Assembly (NCBI GenBank): GCA_003427395.1
Contig: BFEA01000020.1
Coordinates: forward strand, 3,941,767 to 4,005,766
DNA length: 64,000 nucleotides
Direction: 5' to 3'
Source: Chara braunii
Taxonomy: Eukaryota > Plantae > Charophyceae
Position numbers and translations under genes: made by a program. The notes below the pieces were generated by a model that was given only the letters and a program-made list of their open reading frames with translations, did not search any database and was not told the DNA's origin. Below are positions 37,501 through 49,048 of the stretch, in pieces; position 1 is the stretch's first letter, and each line of letters opens with the position of its first letter.

Positions 37501-40126
37501 TTATTTTGCGGTGTATGGACTTTGCTCATACGAGCCTTTTCTAAGTGAGTCTTCATCAAGCCTCCAACAGTAGTTCACACGGATCAAGGCGCCTTCGTTT
37601 AAGGCCGCTCCATCTTCGAGAATATTCTTATGATAATGGGTGCTCTGGAGATAATTCAGCGAGAAGACCGTCAGGTAATGGTGGCGATATTGGATTTGGA
37701 GAAAGCCTATGATCGCGTCAACTGGTCTTTTGTTTTGGCCACGCTTCAGCACATGAACTTCAGTCCCAAGTACCGCAGATGGGTCGAAGAACTCTACACT
37801 GAATCAACAGCAGCGGTCATAGTTAACGGATTCGTTTCACCAACCTTTGCGCTTACACGCTCGCTGCGTCAGGGATGCCCTTTGGCCTCCTTACTCTTCG
37901 CAATTCAGATGAAGGTTCTTCTCAACTCTCTAAGGGCGTCACCTCAAATCCGTGGACTGGACCTTGGTGAAGGAGACCAACTGTTAACAGGGGCCATCGC
38001 AGACGACCTCCTCTTGGTTGCTGAGGCAACACCAGAATCATTAGAAGAGGTCAAAAGCATCTTGGACTCATACTTCGAGCTCTCTGAAGCGCGGGTGAAC
38101 TGGAATAAGTCAGTTTACTTCTTACCCGCCCGCCACGAGCTGCGGGGACAGACATGGGGAATGAAGAGGATAGCTCCTCAAGATTCTGAGCGATATCTGG
38201 GCATCTAGGTGGTGCTTCGAGATGCTAGAGTTGACAAGGACTCCATCCTCATGGCCAAATCAAGGTCAGTACCGCAGCGCTGCAGAGCTGCGTTAGGTGT
38301 ATCCATATTCGCAGAGCCATCTTCATCACCTCTGCTGTCTTCGCCGAGCTGTGGTACACTGCTGCTGTGATGCTAATCCCCAAATCTACTCTGAGGGCTA
38401 TTCGCCCCGACGCTGTCAAGTATCTGTGGAAACCAGGAGCCGATATGGAGACCGACTTCATCACCAAATGCGCTTGGGCCAAGGTCACTAAAGCACGGAC
38501 TGAGGGGGACACGGCATCCTCGATCCAGAAACCCAGAACCTCACACTCCTAGGTAAATGGTTCTGCAAAGTCGCAGCTCGGTCCGACAGCAGAGCATGGG
38601 TTGCTGTGCTGGAATATCTGTTGCAGCACGAGCTGGGACTCTTGCGCAAAAGCGACGCTTGGGCATGCATCTTCATATCCTCTTTCATCTGGTGTCAACC
38701 ATCGTCTACCCTGGTCTCAGCATGCTGGTCCGCATGGAGAGCCCTCCAGCCACTCCACTCCAAACCCCCGGTAACCCGGGAAGAAGTCCTGCGTCAAAAC
38801 CTCTTTGACAACCACGATATACTGGACAACTGTGACCAACCCTTCGAAGCCACCAGAGCACGAGGGGCCTTTGGTAGAACATGGACAAAACGGGGAGTGA
38901 CATGCATCGCAGATATCTGGGATGAGAACAATCAAGAATGGGCGACGGAAGATCAACTGAGAACTAAGCTTCGCGGCGCTCCTCACCTATCCCAGTGAAG
39001 AGCTCAACTCATTCAAGCTATCCCTCCAAGCTGGAATGAATAACTGCGACTCTCATGCCCTATTCCTGGTTAGTGGTATTCCATGGAACCAGACAACACT
39101 CAAGCAGAGGCGGATCCATCACAACAAATCATTCAAATCACCCAAGAGCTGGATGATGACCGTTGGCTTGCTAAGCAATGGACCAACCAGGAAAGACTAG
39201 GAAAGATCCCACAGTTAATAGCCCCATCAGACATCTGCATTGAAGCCCTTCAGCCTCTACAGTTGGTCAGAGTCCATACTTCACTTCAGAACCCTCACGC
39301 TCCTGTACACAGCTCGCTGATGGACGGAAAGCCGCTGAATAACCTCAGAATTGACCCCTTGGGGCACAGCTAGAGATTGGCTGATGATGCACAAGTCTTC
39401 CTTTATCAGTACTCGTCGAAGTGGGGAAGGAGAATTATTACCAAGGAGCTCAATCTGGCAAAACAGGTGGCAACCAAACTCAACAGACTGGTACGCTCTC
39501 AACCGAGCCTGGAACCGCGAGATCTGAGTCGATTATGGGACCAGCTGAAGTCCATGCCTTCCCAAAAGGTCGTCGCCTTATCTTTGCAACTGTCATACAT
39601 GGCCATCCCATGTGCCATCTGGCTCTTTGAAAAGAGCATGGACATTCCCCCCAAATGCCTCAGGTGCGGAGGCCGTGCAGAGGAATCATTGGAGCACCTC
39701 ATTTGGTCCTGCCCGGCCTCCCGAAGACTGTGGGTCTGGTGGGGTCAGCACTGGGCTAATTTCGTGGGAACACTTCTCCCATGGGATGAAAGATGGGCAA
39801 TTCACGGAAAGATCCCGCCTTCCTGGTTTAAGCATGTGGGAAGAGGCTATGTCGCACAGGCCATCCGCTCAATACTTTTGTGGATCATCTGGGAGGACAG
39901 GAACAACATTCTTTCCAGACAAGAATGGACCTGCGATACCACTGTGATCAACAAAACCAAGGCACGGATCAGGACAATGATCAAAGCAGACTGGATCAGG
40001 AAGGCCAAGAAAGGCACAATCTCAAGCGGCAGACATTGGTTCTTGGTCATCTGGGCCCGCGACAATCACCTGGTTGCCATAACACGGTCAGGACAGCTCG
40101 CAATTTCCCCATGGCTCAGTTCTTAA
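34504..40126 (+). pseudogene. LINE ORF2 (APE endonuclease - reverse transcriptase - zinc finger), disrupted
   Basis: RIATWNVRGL, ILILQETK, RLDLIL, SDHRPV (endonuclease); KSPGSDGLPVEFY, LDLEKAYDRVNW, RQGCPL, IADDLLL (RT); CLRC...ESLEHLIWSC. Frameshifts, stops and an insertion at 36027-~37555. Confidence 0.92.
36027..37555 (-). mobile_element. LTR-retrotransposon fragment (probable single LTR 36152-37366 with both flanks) inserted in LINE ORF2
   Basis: tRNA-iMet PBS TGGTATCAGAGC (RC at 36139-36150) abuts TGTTATGA at 36152; inverted end TCATCACA at 37359-37366; G-run PPT-like tract (RC of 37367-37381). Confidence 0.65.
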
Positions 40127-41376
40127 CTTCTTAACCTGTTCCCTAACCCCTTTGATCCAGGGCGACTCTCAGCCTTCCTTGCCTACCTACTTCTACCCAT
40201 TTCTCGTCTACTCACCCTAAGTCAATTCAGATCACCCGTCACTACCCTTCTTCTCTCATCTTTGTCTACCCCTCTCTTGGTTAGTTTGGGCCACAGTAGG
40301 CCACCAGCAGAGAAGTTGAGGGGTGGTGGGAGGAGAGTGTCAAGTTCAGAGAGGAGCTAAACCTCCTGGCTCCAACCAGCCGTATGTGACGTACTAGCTT
40401 CCGGACCTGCGCCATCTTTCGGACCCCTTTCTTTTTCCCGTGTTTTCTCTGCACCCGGATGTGTACAGTTCAACCCCGAGATCCCCCCCCCCCTCTGTCC
40501 GTGCCCGATTAAAGGTACCTTGCGAGAATCTGTCAGTTCCTTTCCCTTTTGTTTTTTGTTGAAAATGCATGGAAATTTCACGCGCCTTAGCGAGTGCGCT
40601 TGGAATTTGGCTTGGCAGTTAGAAGTCCCGGAATTATCGGAATACCGTGTGACCTTCCGCACGTGAATGTTCTCGGCCTCGACCTTGAAAACTCTGGGAA
40701 TTTTTGTAGGAATATGGATGGATGGAAGGCTTTCTTTCCCGCTCCTGTTTTGCACGTGGATATGGTACTTTCAATTTTTGAATTAGCATAGGATTGGAAA
40801 AGACTGCAACTGTCTTGGTGCCCATTCCCCTTTTGCCGATCGGCGCCATGCAAGCAAGCTCCCTCCTCCTTTCTCCCCACGCTCCTCTCACCGTCCTTCT
40901 TCACATGCACACGCTTTCTCGCCCCCTCTCCCTGTAACTGTTTTTCCCTCCCCTTTCTCAGTGCGCGCCCTTTTTCTCCTTCTTGATCATCTGATCTTGG
41001 ACCTGTTTCGTGCTATCCTTCTCGCTCCTCTTCTTCCCACTCTCAGATCCGCGATCGAAAACCCAGTCGATCCTCTCTCCCCATCTAGCCAAGGAGAAGC
41101 GCCGTGTAAGTTCTTACTGCTCGACGATTCTGATTGGCTGAGGTCGAGTTAGGAGGGATCAACATGGCTTTCAATGGGCGGTCACTCCCGAACTCTCCTA
41201 TACCCTCCTCTGCCTCACCCTTCGCTTTTCTCCGCGTCTCTTTCTCTTCTCGCAGCTATAAATTTCGTCGGCGGCCCCGCAAAACTCTCTGTCTCAACTC
41301 ATCGGCCAGCTTCTGGGAAGTAGCGGCTAGGTGATGTGTATGATGCGAGTCGGAAACTCTTGACGAGCTGACTGTT

Positions 41377-44300
41377 GTGTTGGTTAACGCGTTAGTCATT
41401 GACGTGCATTTCTATTCGATACTGTTAGGACTGCCCTGGGCGACGGCAGTGGGCGCAGAGATCCATTTTGATTCCAAACAACTCGTTCTCACTCATATGG
41501 GAGGGAAACCTCAAACCCTCCATTTTGATTCCAAACAACTCGTTCTCATTCATATGGGAGGGAAACCTCAAACGCTTCCTCTCCGAATCTCTACTCGATC
41601 ACCAAGGAGATATCCCAGTATCGACCGGATAGGAATGATCCAGAACCTGGATAAGTCTCTCCCAAACCCTGACGAAGAACAACCCCCTGCATGGGAAGAC
41701 GAGTTCAATGAACGCGACTATGAGGGAGAACTGAGCGCTATGCCCAACGAGAAAGAATGAAAGCGATTAGTCAAAATGTTCGATTGCGAGGCTAAAGAAG
41801 AATTTCGGATGATCCCCGTAACTACTCGAACATTCGATCTAGGCTCGGAAAACAGCGAGCCCAGCCACTCTCTACCCACAGAAAGACGGACTCCCCCTAC
41901 AACATTCTTGGGAGAGCCGGTCTTGCAGATTTCCGATATGGCTGACCTCTTGGAACCCCCTCGCATGTTATACGAGCGCACGCTTTCACTCCGGGCTAGG
42001 TATCAGCAGATGAATCACTACGTGGGTCTCTCTGTCTCCCTCCCTAGATCACTACTCACGCAAGGAGTCATGATCGCTTTGATCAAGGAAGAGGCAGAGG
42101 CTCCGATAACAGACGTTCCGGATCTCATGCAGGAAATGACAAAACTAACGGGAGTAGAAATAGCCAAAAGTGTCGTCGATTCTGAAACCGACGCCGAGGT
42201 TAAAGAGACTGAGATAATCAGCCCGGATGAATCCCAAATGATTGCTACCGTCTTCTCAGTCCGAACCAGTGTTCCATGTTTTTCAGTGTGCACAACAGGC
42301 GATCGCGAAAGATGGATTGGATTGAAACACCCCTGAACATCGCGAATAATGCAGTAATCACCATCCCCAGTCATGTCCCCCGAGATATCCAAGGATCCCT
42401 GATTGATGTGTTGCATGGCTATGCTGAGGTATTGAGTGTTGATGACAGTGATATTGGGTTATCTACTGTAATCGAGCATGCGATCCTTACGGGGGATCAT
42501 CCGCCAATTAGTTGCGCTCCCTATCGGTATTCACCGACGCAACAGAAAAATTTCCCAGAATTAAATAATCATTCTAGAGTAAAATATCATTCTAAATTTT
42601 AAATTTTCATTCCATCTTAAAAAATGTCAATTCCAATTTTAAAATTTTTCATTTTACTTGAAAACTTTCCTTCCAATAATGGGGTATTCTTTCTTATTTG
42701 AACTGCATGCTAGAGATGAAATGAAAGTGTGGATGAGTTCATGAAATATTTTAATTGGACTGTCATTCTAAGTATGGATTTTCAGTCAAAAATAGGTTAA
42801 TCCAATCTAAATTAGAAGATATTTGTTGTAGTATAATGAAAGTCTAATTGAAACATTTCATAAATTCGTCTAAACTTTCATTCCATCTTGAACAAATAGA
42901 TTTAGTTGGAAGGAAAAACTCATATTCAGACGGGAACTTATCAAATTAAATTGAAAATTTTAGAATTGGACGAACATTGGAATGATAATTTATAAATATG
43001 AAGGATTTTATTTTTATGGAATGTTTTTTCAAATTTCATTTCTCGTGGGAATTTTTCTGCTGAAGAGCGGCCGCATTTAAGAGGATTAAGGAGTTCGAAG
43101 CTAATGGTTGGATCGAACCCGCTATCGGACCATGGTCGTTTCCAGTAGTGATTGTACCGAAAAAAGCAGGAGGAATTCGCATATGTATCTACCACTGAAA
43201 ATATCACGATCAAGGATGTGTATCCTCTTCCCCGGATTGATGAGTTGTTGGATGCTATCGGTAGTGCTCGATTCTTTAGTAAATTTGATATTCGTCATGG
43301 ATTCCACCATCTTCTGGTTCGAAAAGAAGACCGACCGAAAACGGCGTTCATTCTTTTCGAAGAAACCTTGCAATGGGTCAGATGCCCGATGGGGATTTGC
43401 AACACCCCAACCACGTTTCAACGCGCGATGAATATGGCTTTCCAAAACTTCGTGCGAAAAACGTGGCTGGCGCAGAGCATAATCAATTACTGTGTGATTG
43501 TGTATATGGATGATATCCTTGTCTTTTCTACTTCCTACGAGGGACACGTGCAACACATTGAGTAGACACTGCACGCACTGAAGAACGCAAGATTCAAAGT
43601 GGCGGTTGAGAAGTGTCAGTTTTTCCTCACGGAGATCTCCTTCCTCGGCCACGTCGTTACGAGCCAAGGATTGCAACCAGGACCCCAGAAAGTGACAGTC
43701 CTGAAGGACGCACCGGTGCCGACGTCTGTAACGCAAGTCCGCGTCTTTTGGGGTTTGGCGTCGTACTATCGAAGGTTCATCAAGGGATTTGCCGCGATCG
43801 CGGGACCCCTCACGGATCTGCTAAAGAAGGATCAACCGTTGATCTGGACCTCGCAATGAGATCGGGCTTTTGGAGAACTCAAGGCGGCCCTGGTTTCGGC
43901 CCCAATCCTCATAAGGCCGGACCCGGAAAAACCCTTTGTTCTCATCACCAATTGGCAACCGGAGGCGGTTTCAGCGATCTTGGCCCGGGTGTGACCCAAC
44001 GGCCTCGAACACGTGGTGGAATACGCGTTTCAAAACGGTGCCGACCTGTAAGCGCAACTACGCGGCCCCGACGAGGGAATGCTATGCAGCCTTGTGGGGG
44101 ATCAGTCATTTCCGAGCGTACTTATATGGCCGAAGATTTACGCTGGTAACCAATCACGAACCACTGTTGGCGCTGAAGAAGTCCAAGGATTACTCAAACA
44201 TGATCGGGCGATGAGCCACCATACTGCAGAGCATGGACTTTGACATTTGTCATCGGAAACACGAGAAACATGACAACGCAGATGGACTGACATGACTTCA

Positions 44301-44406
44301 CCGTCCCGACAAGGTGCCAAGGAGTAAGGAAGTGACCCCTTGGCGCGACTCGGAGCCAAAGAACGAGCCTCGATACGGACAAGTGGAGATTCTACCGAAG
44401 GGCTAA
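41377..44406 (+). pseudogene. Gypsy-type aspartic protease (C-terminal half) - reverse transcriptase - RNase H, disrupted
   Basis: ALVIDVHFYSILLGLPW (PR); IEHAILTGDHPPISCAPYRYS, YPLPRIDELL, FFSKFDIRHGFH, VYMDDILVFS (RT); RECYAALWGISHFRAYLYGRRFTLVTNHEPL, NADGLT (RNase H). The frame ends at TAA 44404-44406. Confidence 0.92.
42540..43062. mobile_element. AT-rich non-autonomous DNA transposon (MITE) interrupting the RT
   Basis: TIRs CA(A/G)CAGAAAAATT(T)CCCA / TGGGAATTTTTCTGCTG; abrupt AT-rich block between RT codons YRYSPT and ...IKEFEANGWIEP. Confidence 0.8.
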
Positions 44407-44471
44407 GTGGACACGTGTACCCGACCCTGCCTCTCCCGGCCTTCCCTCTACGGTTCTTGTCTCTCGAAACG

Positions 44472-46001
44472 ATGGAAACTCCCCCTGACTCGGTCTCTCC
44501 CACCTCTTCTTCTCCCCTCGCCCATTCAGACTTTCTCACCACTCTTCCGGACAAATTTGGTTATTTTTGCACGTGTATTTCTCGAGTTTACGGAGTAAAC
44601 TGCTACCCCTTTGAATTTGGATTTGCCGATTGGGTGAACTGTGTCACATGTGTCAATCGTGCACATGGTGCGTGCGTTCAATACAGAACGAGTAGTAAGG
44701 AATGGAGGTGCCCCCTGTGTAGGACAGACAAACTCCCTACTGAGGTTCGATTCGAGGCCGCCCGAACGGACGACCCTGAATACGACGAGAAATACCGACG
44801 AGCGGAGGAATGGACAAATAAAATATTATTAGCTAAATTAGCGGTCCTACCATTGGACCATCTCACTAAGCATGACTGACGTTGGGCTACCGAAAGATCC
44901 CGAGACTATCGATGGATCAACAGACATTTAGAAAAGCATAAGACGGACGGATCAAGACTATGGCTGACGGTTCCCTACCCTTTTCAAAGATATGACTGAA
45001 CTAGGTCCACGCACGAAGAACAGGCCGCTCATTTTGCGATACGTGTCACCGAGGCAACTATCGGGCAAAATCGATGGTTCTGGTCTAATATCCTTGACGA
45101 TGTGAAGCACGTGGTCGCTAACTGTCTAGTCTGTGCTGCCGACCGCGCACCCCTCCGTGGGCCAAATACAATAGTTCCTACAGAGGTGGAACGACCGTTT
45201 CAGCGGGTCAGTATGGACACAACCGATATAGACGTGCCACCTGACCCCAACCGCTGCGAATACTTTATTCTTTTGGTGTTGATCGATCATTTCTCGAAAT
45301 ATATCGAAGTCTATCCGTGTAAAACCCGAAAGGCCTCAGAGATAGCCACATACATCGAACGATTCCTCAATACCCACCTAGATACAGAAGAGATTCTGAC
45401 CGACAATGGATCGGAATTTAAGGGTGAGGTAGAGGAATTACTAATGTGTCGTGGCGTTACGCTCCGACACACCGCTCCCCATGTTTCACAATCGAACGGG
45501 CTGGCAGAGAATGCGAATCGCATGATTAAGACCGCCCTCCGTCAGAACTTAGCGGCCCGCGACACGCGTCCGTGGCCCGAGATAGTCTATCAAATCGTCG
45601 GAATCCACCGAGCCACCCCTCACGAGTCCACAGGGTTCACCCCTTTCCAGCTTCGAACTAATAGCCTCTCATGTGTCGACAATCGAGGTACCACAGAAAT
45701 TGCCGAAAAAGGGGGTCGGGACACGCGTACGGCCCTTAAGGCCAAAGCCAAGAGATATGCGGATTTAATGGAAAGGGCCGTTCCTAACCTCGTAGCCCCT
45801 TTCCGCCCCTTCCTGTATAACGAGGACAGGACGCGAATCTGTGAGTGGGACATACGAAAAGCAGTCGCAAAGATCGGTGGGCAATACTACTTCCCTCCCG
45901 AAAATTGGTGTTCTAGGTTTGTCGGCGCTGGGTTTGTCATCGTCGATACGCATTTCCCGCCGTACTCGTTGCTATTACCATCATCCCATGGTCAGCAGTA
46001 G
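44472..46001 (+). pseudogene. PHD finger fused to a DDE integrase (HHCC + rve core), two in-frame TGA stops
   Basis: FCTC...WVNCVTCVNRAHGACV...WRCPLC (C4HC3); same frame continues to HEEQAAHF...FWSNILDDVKHVVANCLVC, RVSMDT, ILTDNGSEF, SNGLAENAN. Confidence 0.88.
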
Positions 46002-46949
46002 CGCCCCATTGGCCTAACACCTTGTGCAGTGATTGCCAACTACTCGACCACTACCAATCGAAGGGGTTCCACTACCGAACACGGAATGAGGATGAGCACA
46101 AGGAAAGGGCCACGCGATTAAGACCGTCCACGTCGGATTTAGAATTCTGCAATGTGCAACGTCGGGAGCTAGTGCGAAAGCGGGATACTAAACGCGTGCC
46201 CGCTCCCTTCCACTCCAAACGCCGAGCCGTGGCTCGGTGGGAGGTCCGACAATATTTTCTGGATTGAATTTAAACTTCCTCGCGTCACATATCCCGCGCG
46301 CGCGTCGCCTCAAAATCCGCGTCGCCGCCAACCAGATCTCTCACTTCATTAGATCAACACGGGGGATTTCAGTTCCGTATGTGTCCCCACACTCAATTTT
46401 CCAAAAATCCTTGGCACACCCCATCTTGCTGTTTTTCGGGGCCTCCCTTCTGCACCTTTAGCACTCCGAATGGAAAACAGCGCAGGGCGTGAGGTTGCGC
46501 GTCACACGTATTTAGGCTGAGTCCAGGCCAAATTGTTCATAGGCCCGAGAGACCAGTAGTGTAGTCCCCTCACCCTCTTTCCTCTCCCCAGCCCCGTAGT
46601 TCCCCTCCCCCCCTTCCCTTCTTCCCTCCCTTCAAACCACCGTCTCCCTTCACTCTGCCATTCTCCCCCATCCGGCAGCTCTGATCATCCTTTTTTTGGT
46701 AGTCTCAACCTCCTGACCTAAGATCCCCTATTCTGAGACTATAACAGTAACACTCCCCCTTACTACCTTTGCTTCCCTACACCAGAGTAGGATAGCATAG
46801 TTGAAACCTTTTGTTAGTCTTTCAATTCAAACTGATGACTTTCGGTTCCTAACAGGGGCCCTAAAAAGCGAAACTGGCTAATGCTGCCAGAGGATACTAT
46901 TCCGGGTTGAATTGTGGGGTCCCGTTTCTTCACCTTTGCAATCAAACAA

Positions 46950-46981
<32 letters not shown>

Positions 46982-47019
46982 GGTGTATGGGTATATAGGC
47001 CGTCGCGGCTAACAGGAGA

Positions 47020-47205
47020 CCGACCGGTCGTTCCGTGAGCCAACGTGGCGGCGGTCGCGGGGAGGGTGGTACGGTCTTTAGCCCGACCGGTCGTTCCGTG
47101 AGCCAACGTGGCGGCGGTCGCGGGGAGGGTGGTACGGTCTTTAGCCCGACCGGTCGTTCCGTGAGCCAACGTGGCGGCGGTCGCGGGGAGGGTGGTACGG
47201 TCTTT
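47020..47205. repeat. 63-bp GC-rich tandem repeat x3
   Basis: Units start at 47020, 47083 and 47146 and are nearly identical. Confidence 0.9.
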
Positions 47206-47913
47206 GGATGAATTGCGGGATGCGCCCTGTTTCCAGTACAGGAAAGTTGGGAACCGTTTATCTTGCCGTTCGTTAAATTGGGAGATCGACGGAGGAGAAA
47301 ATTAAACGCGATTTTGATCCTTGCCGTGCGCGCACCGGGGCTTTTGTTGCGGTGCTACTCTCTGACCGTGCAAAATGAGACTGAATCTTTCGACCGTGCA
47401 AAATGAGACTGAATCCTTCGTTAGAACATGGAACGATACATCGCCATTTTTTTTATTTTTTTTTTAGCTTGGAATTTTATTTCAAACGGGCCCAGTAAAT
47501 GTATCTGACTGCAATCACGTCCACAGTTTAGTTTGTTTTGTGCGGTCAGGCTCGCCAGGTCGTCGATGCAATGCAGCGTTCGGCTGTGCAGCCAGGTAGT
47601 ATGTCTATTGGGACTTGTTTGTATGCCGGATATGAGCTTGGCGCTTCCCCCGCCGTCCTGGCTGCGCCCCCACGCGATGCGTGGTATCAGTACCATTCAG
47701 TCACAAGGCGGGCTATTCTCCCAAGCGAACCACATCCAGCAGGTTTGAACTCTCGAATGCATACACCGCCGCTGAAGAGGAGGGGGGCTGTAGGCGCCAA
47801 CATTACCACATCCAACAGGGGTTCCAATTCTCGCACGTGTACACCGCTGACGAGGAGGGGAGGTGCGTGCCCCTGCGGAGCAGTAGACGGAGTAGGAGGA
47901 GGAGGAAGAGGAG

Positions 47914-47948
<35 letters not shown>

Positions 47949-48713
47949 GGAGGAGGAGAAAGTTGAGTAGTAGGGGGAGGTAGAGGGGAGGATGGGTGTG
48001 GCACTGGATTACACTGGCAACCTCGCCCTGTCCTCCATCAGAGCTGTGGGGGAAAGCACTCGTATTCATCAACGAAGAAACACGGAAGTTTCACACCTAC
48101 TACACAAACCCACATCTGTACTGAAGAGGGCCGGGATCGGGGAGGACCTGAGGAGGTCGGGGTCAGTACTCAAGAGGTCGGGGTCGGTACCTGGTGAGTA
48201 AGCGTCTGTCCTGGGAGGTACCTATACCTGATTGTATGCGTTTGTCAGAAGTGGGAACGTGGATATGGTCGGGGTCGGGACTGTCGTTGGAGGATTTGAC
48301 CCCGACACGGTGATGATATGGTTGGGAAGGAGGGAGGGGACGTTGAGCGCGCCGAGGGTTGGGATCTGGACCGGCCTGTGAGAATATATATGGGGTTCAA
48401 TTGGCGAGGGGAGGAGAGGAGGGTGACGTGCATGAGAGGATAGGCGGACGGTACTGTCGGGATTGGGGCTGACGGCCGAGGGTTGGAGGGAGGAGGGGCA
48501 TTGAGCGCGGCCAGGGTTGGGATCTGGACTGGCCTGTGAGAAATGGGGCTTCGAAACGGAAGATTGGGGTTGGTCTCCGGTCGGGGAGACGTGTAAGGGG
48601 GTGACCGGTAAAAAAAAAAGAAGGAAAAAAAAAAAAAAAACAGGAATGGGTTAGGTATGGGCCAGAATCGATACTGACCGCCCCCGCCGGCCGACGGCCC
48701 AACCACAAGAACT

Positions 48714-48792
<79 letters not shown>

Positions 48793-48962
48793 TTGCCCCC
48801 ATGTCTCTCCAGTTCATCATTGCCCTTCTCCCCATCCTCCCCACCCACATCCCCACAACCCCCCAACCCTCTCCCACAACTTATTTCCATTTGTCCTTCA
48901 GCACAGCCGTCAACAGAAAAAGGACAAAAAAAATGAAAAACTTATTTACAAAAAAAAAGAAG

Positions 48963-49048
48963 ATTGGAACGATACAGAGAAAGAGTAGAGATTAGCAAAT
49001 GGCCCCTGCGCTTTCAAGGATGACACGCAAAATCGAGAAATGGTCCAA
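48963..49048 (+). pseudogene. U6: U6 snRNA pseudogene lacking the 5' hairpin, with three short insertions
   Basis: ATTGGAACGATACAGAGA[aagagtag]AGATTAGC[aa]ATGGCCCCTGCGC[tttc]AAGGATGACACGCAAAATCGAGAAATGGTCCAA. Confidence 0.85.

Larger units (their letters stand above)
40385..46506 (+). mobile_element. LTR-less, inverted-repeat-bounded element encoding Gypsy-type PR-RT-RNase H and a PHD-integrase
   Basis: CGTA|TGTGACG ... CGTCACA|CGTA (4-bp TSD at 40381-40384 and 46507-46510); imperfect ~40-bp terminal inverted repeats; no direct terminal repeat seen. Confidence 0.8.
31964..46981 (+). mobile_element. Degenerate L1/Tx1-clade LINE with two nested insertions; 3' UTR split into 40127-40384 and 46511-46981; poly(A) 46957-46981
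   Basis: ORF1 remnant, EN-RT-zf ORF2 and terminal poly(A). The true 5' end lies somewhere upstream (~30-31.9 kb) and was not defined. Confidence 0.85.

Noticed and set aside
40127-46981. Single chimeric LINE-Gypsy transcript ending in poly(A)
   Set aside because: The CGTA TSD, TGT/ACA ends and the rejoined flanking hairpin show a later insertion into the LINE 3' UTR.
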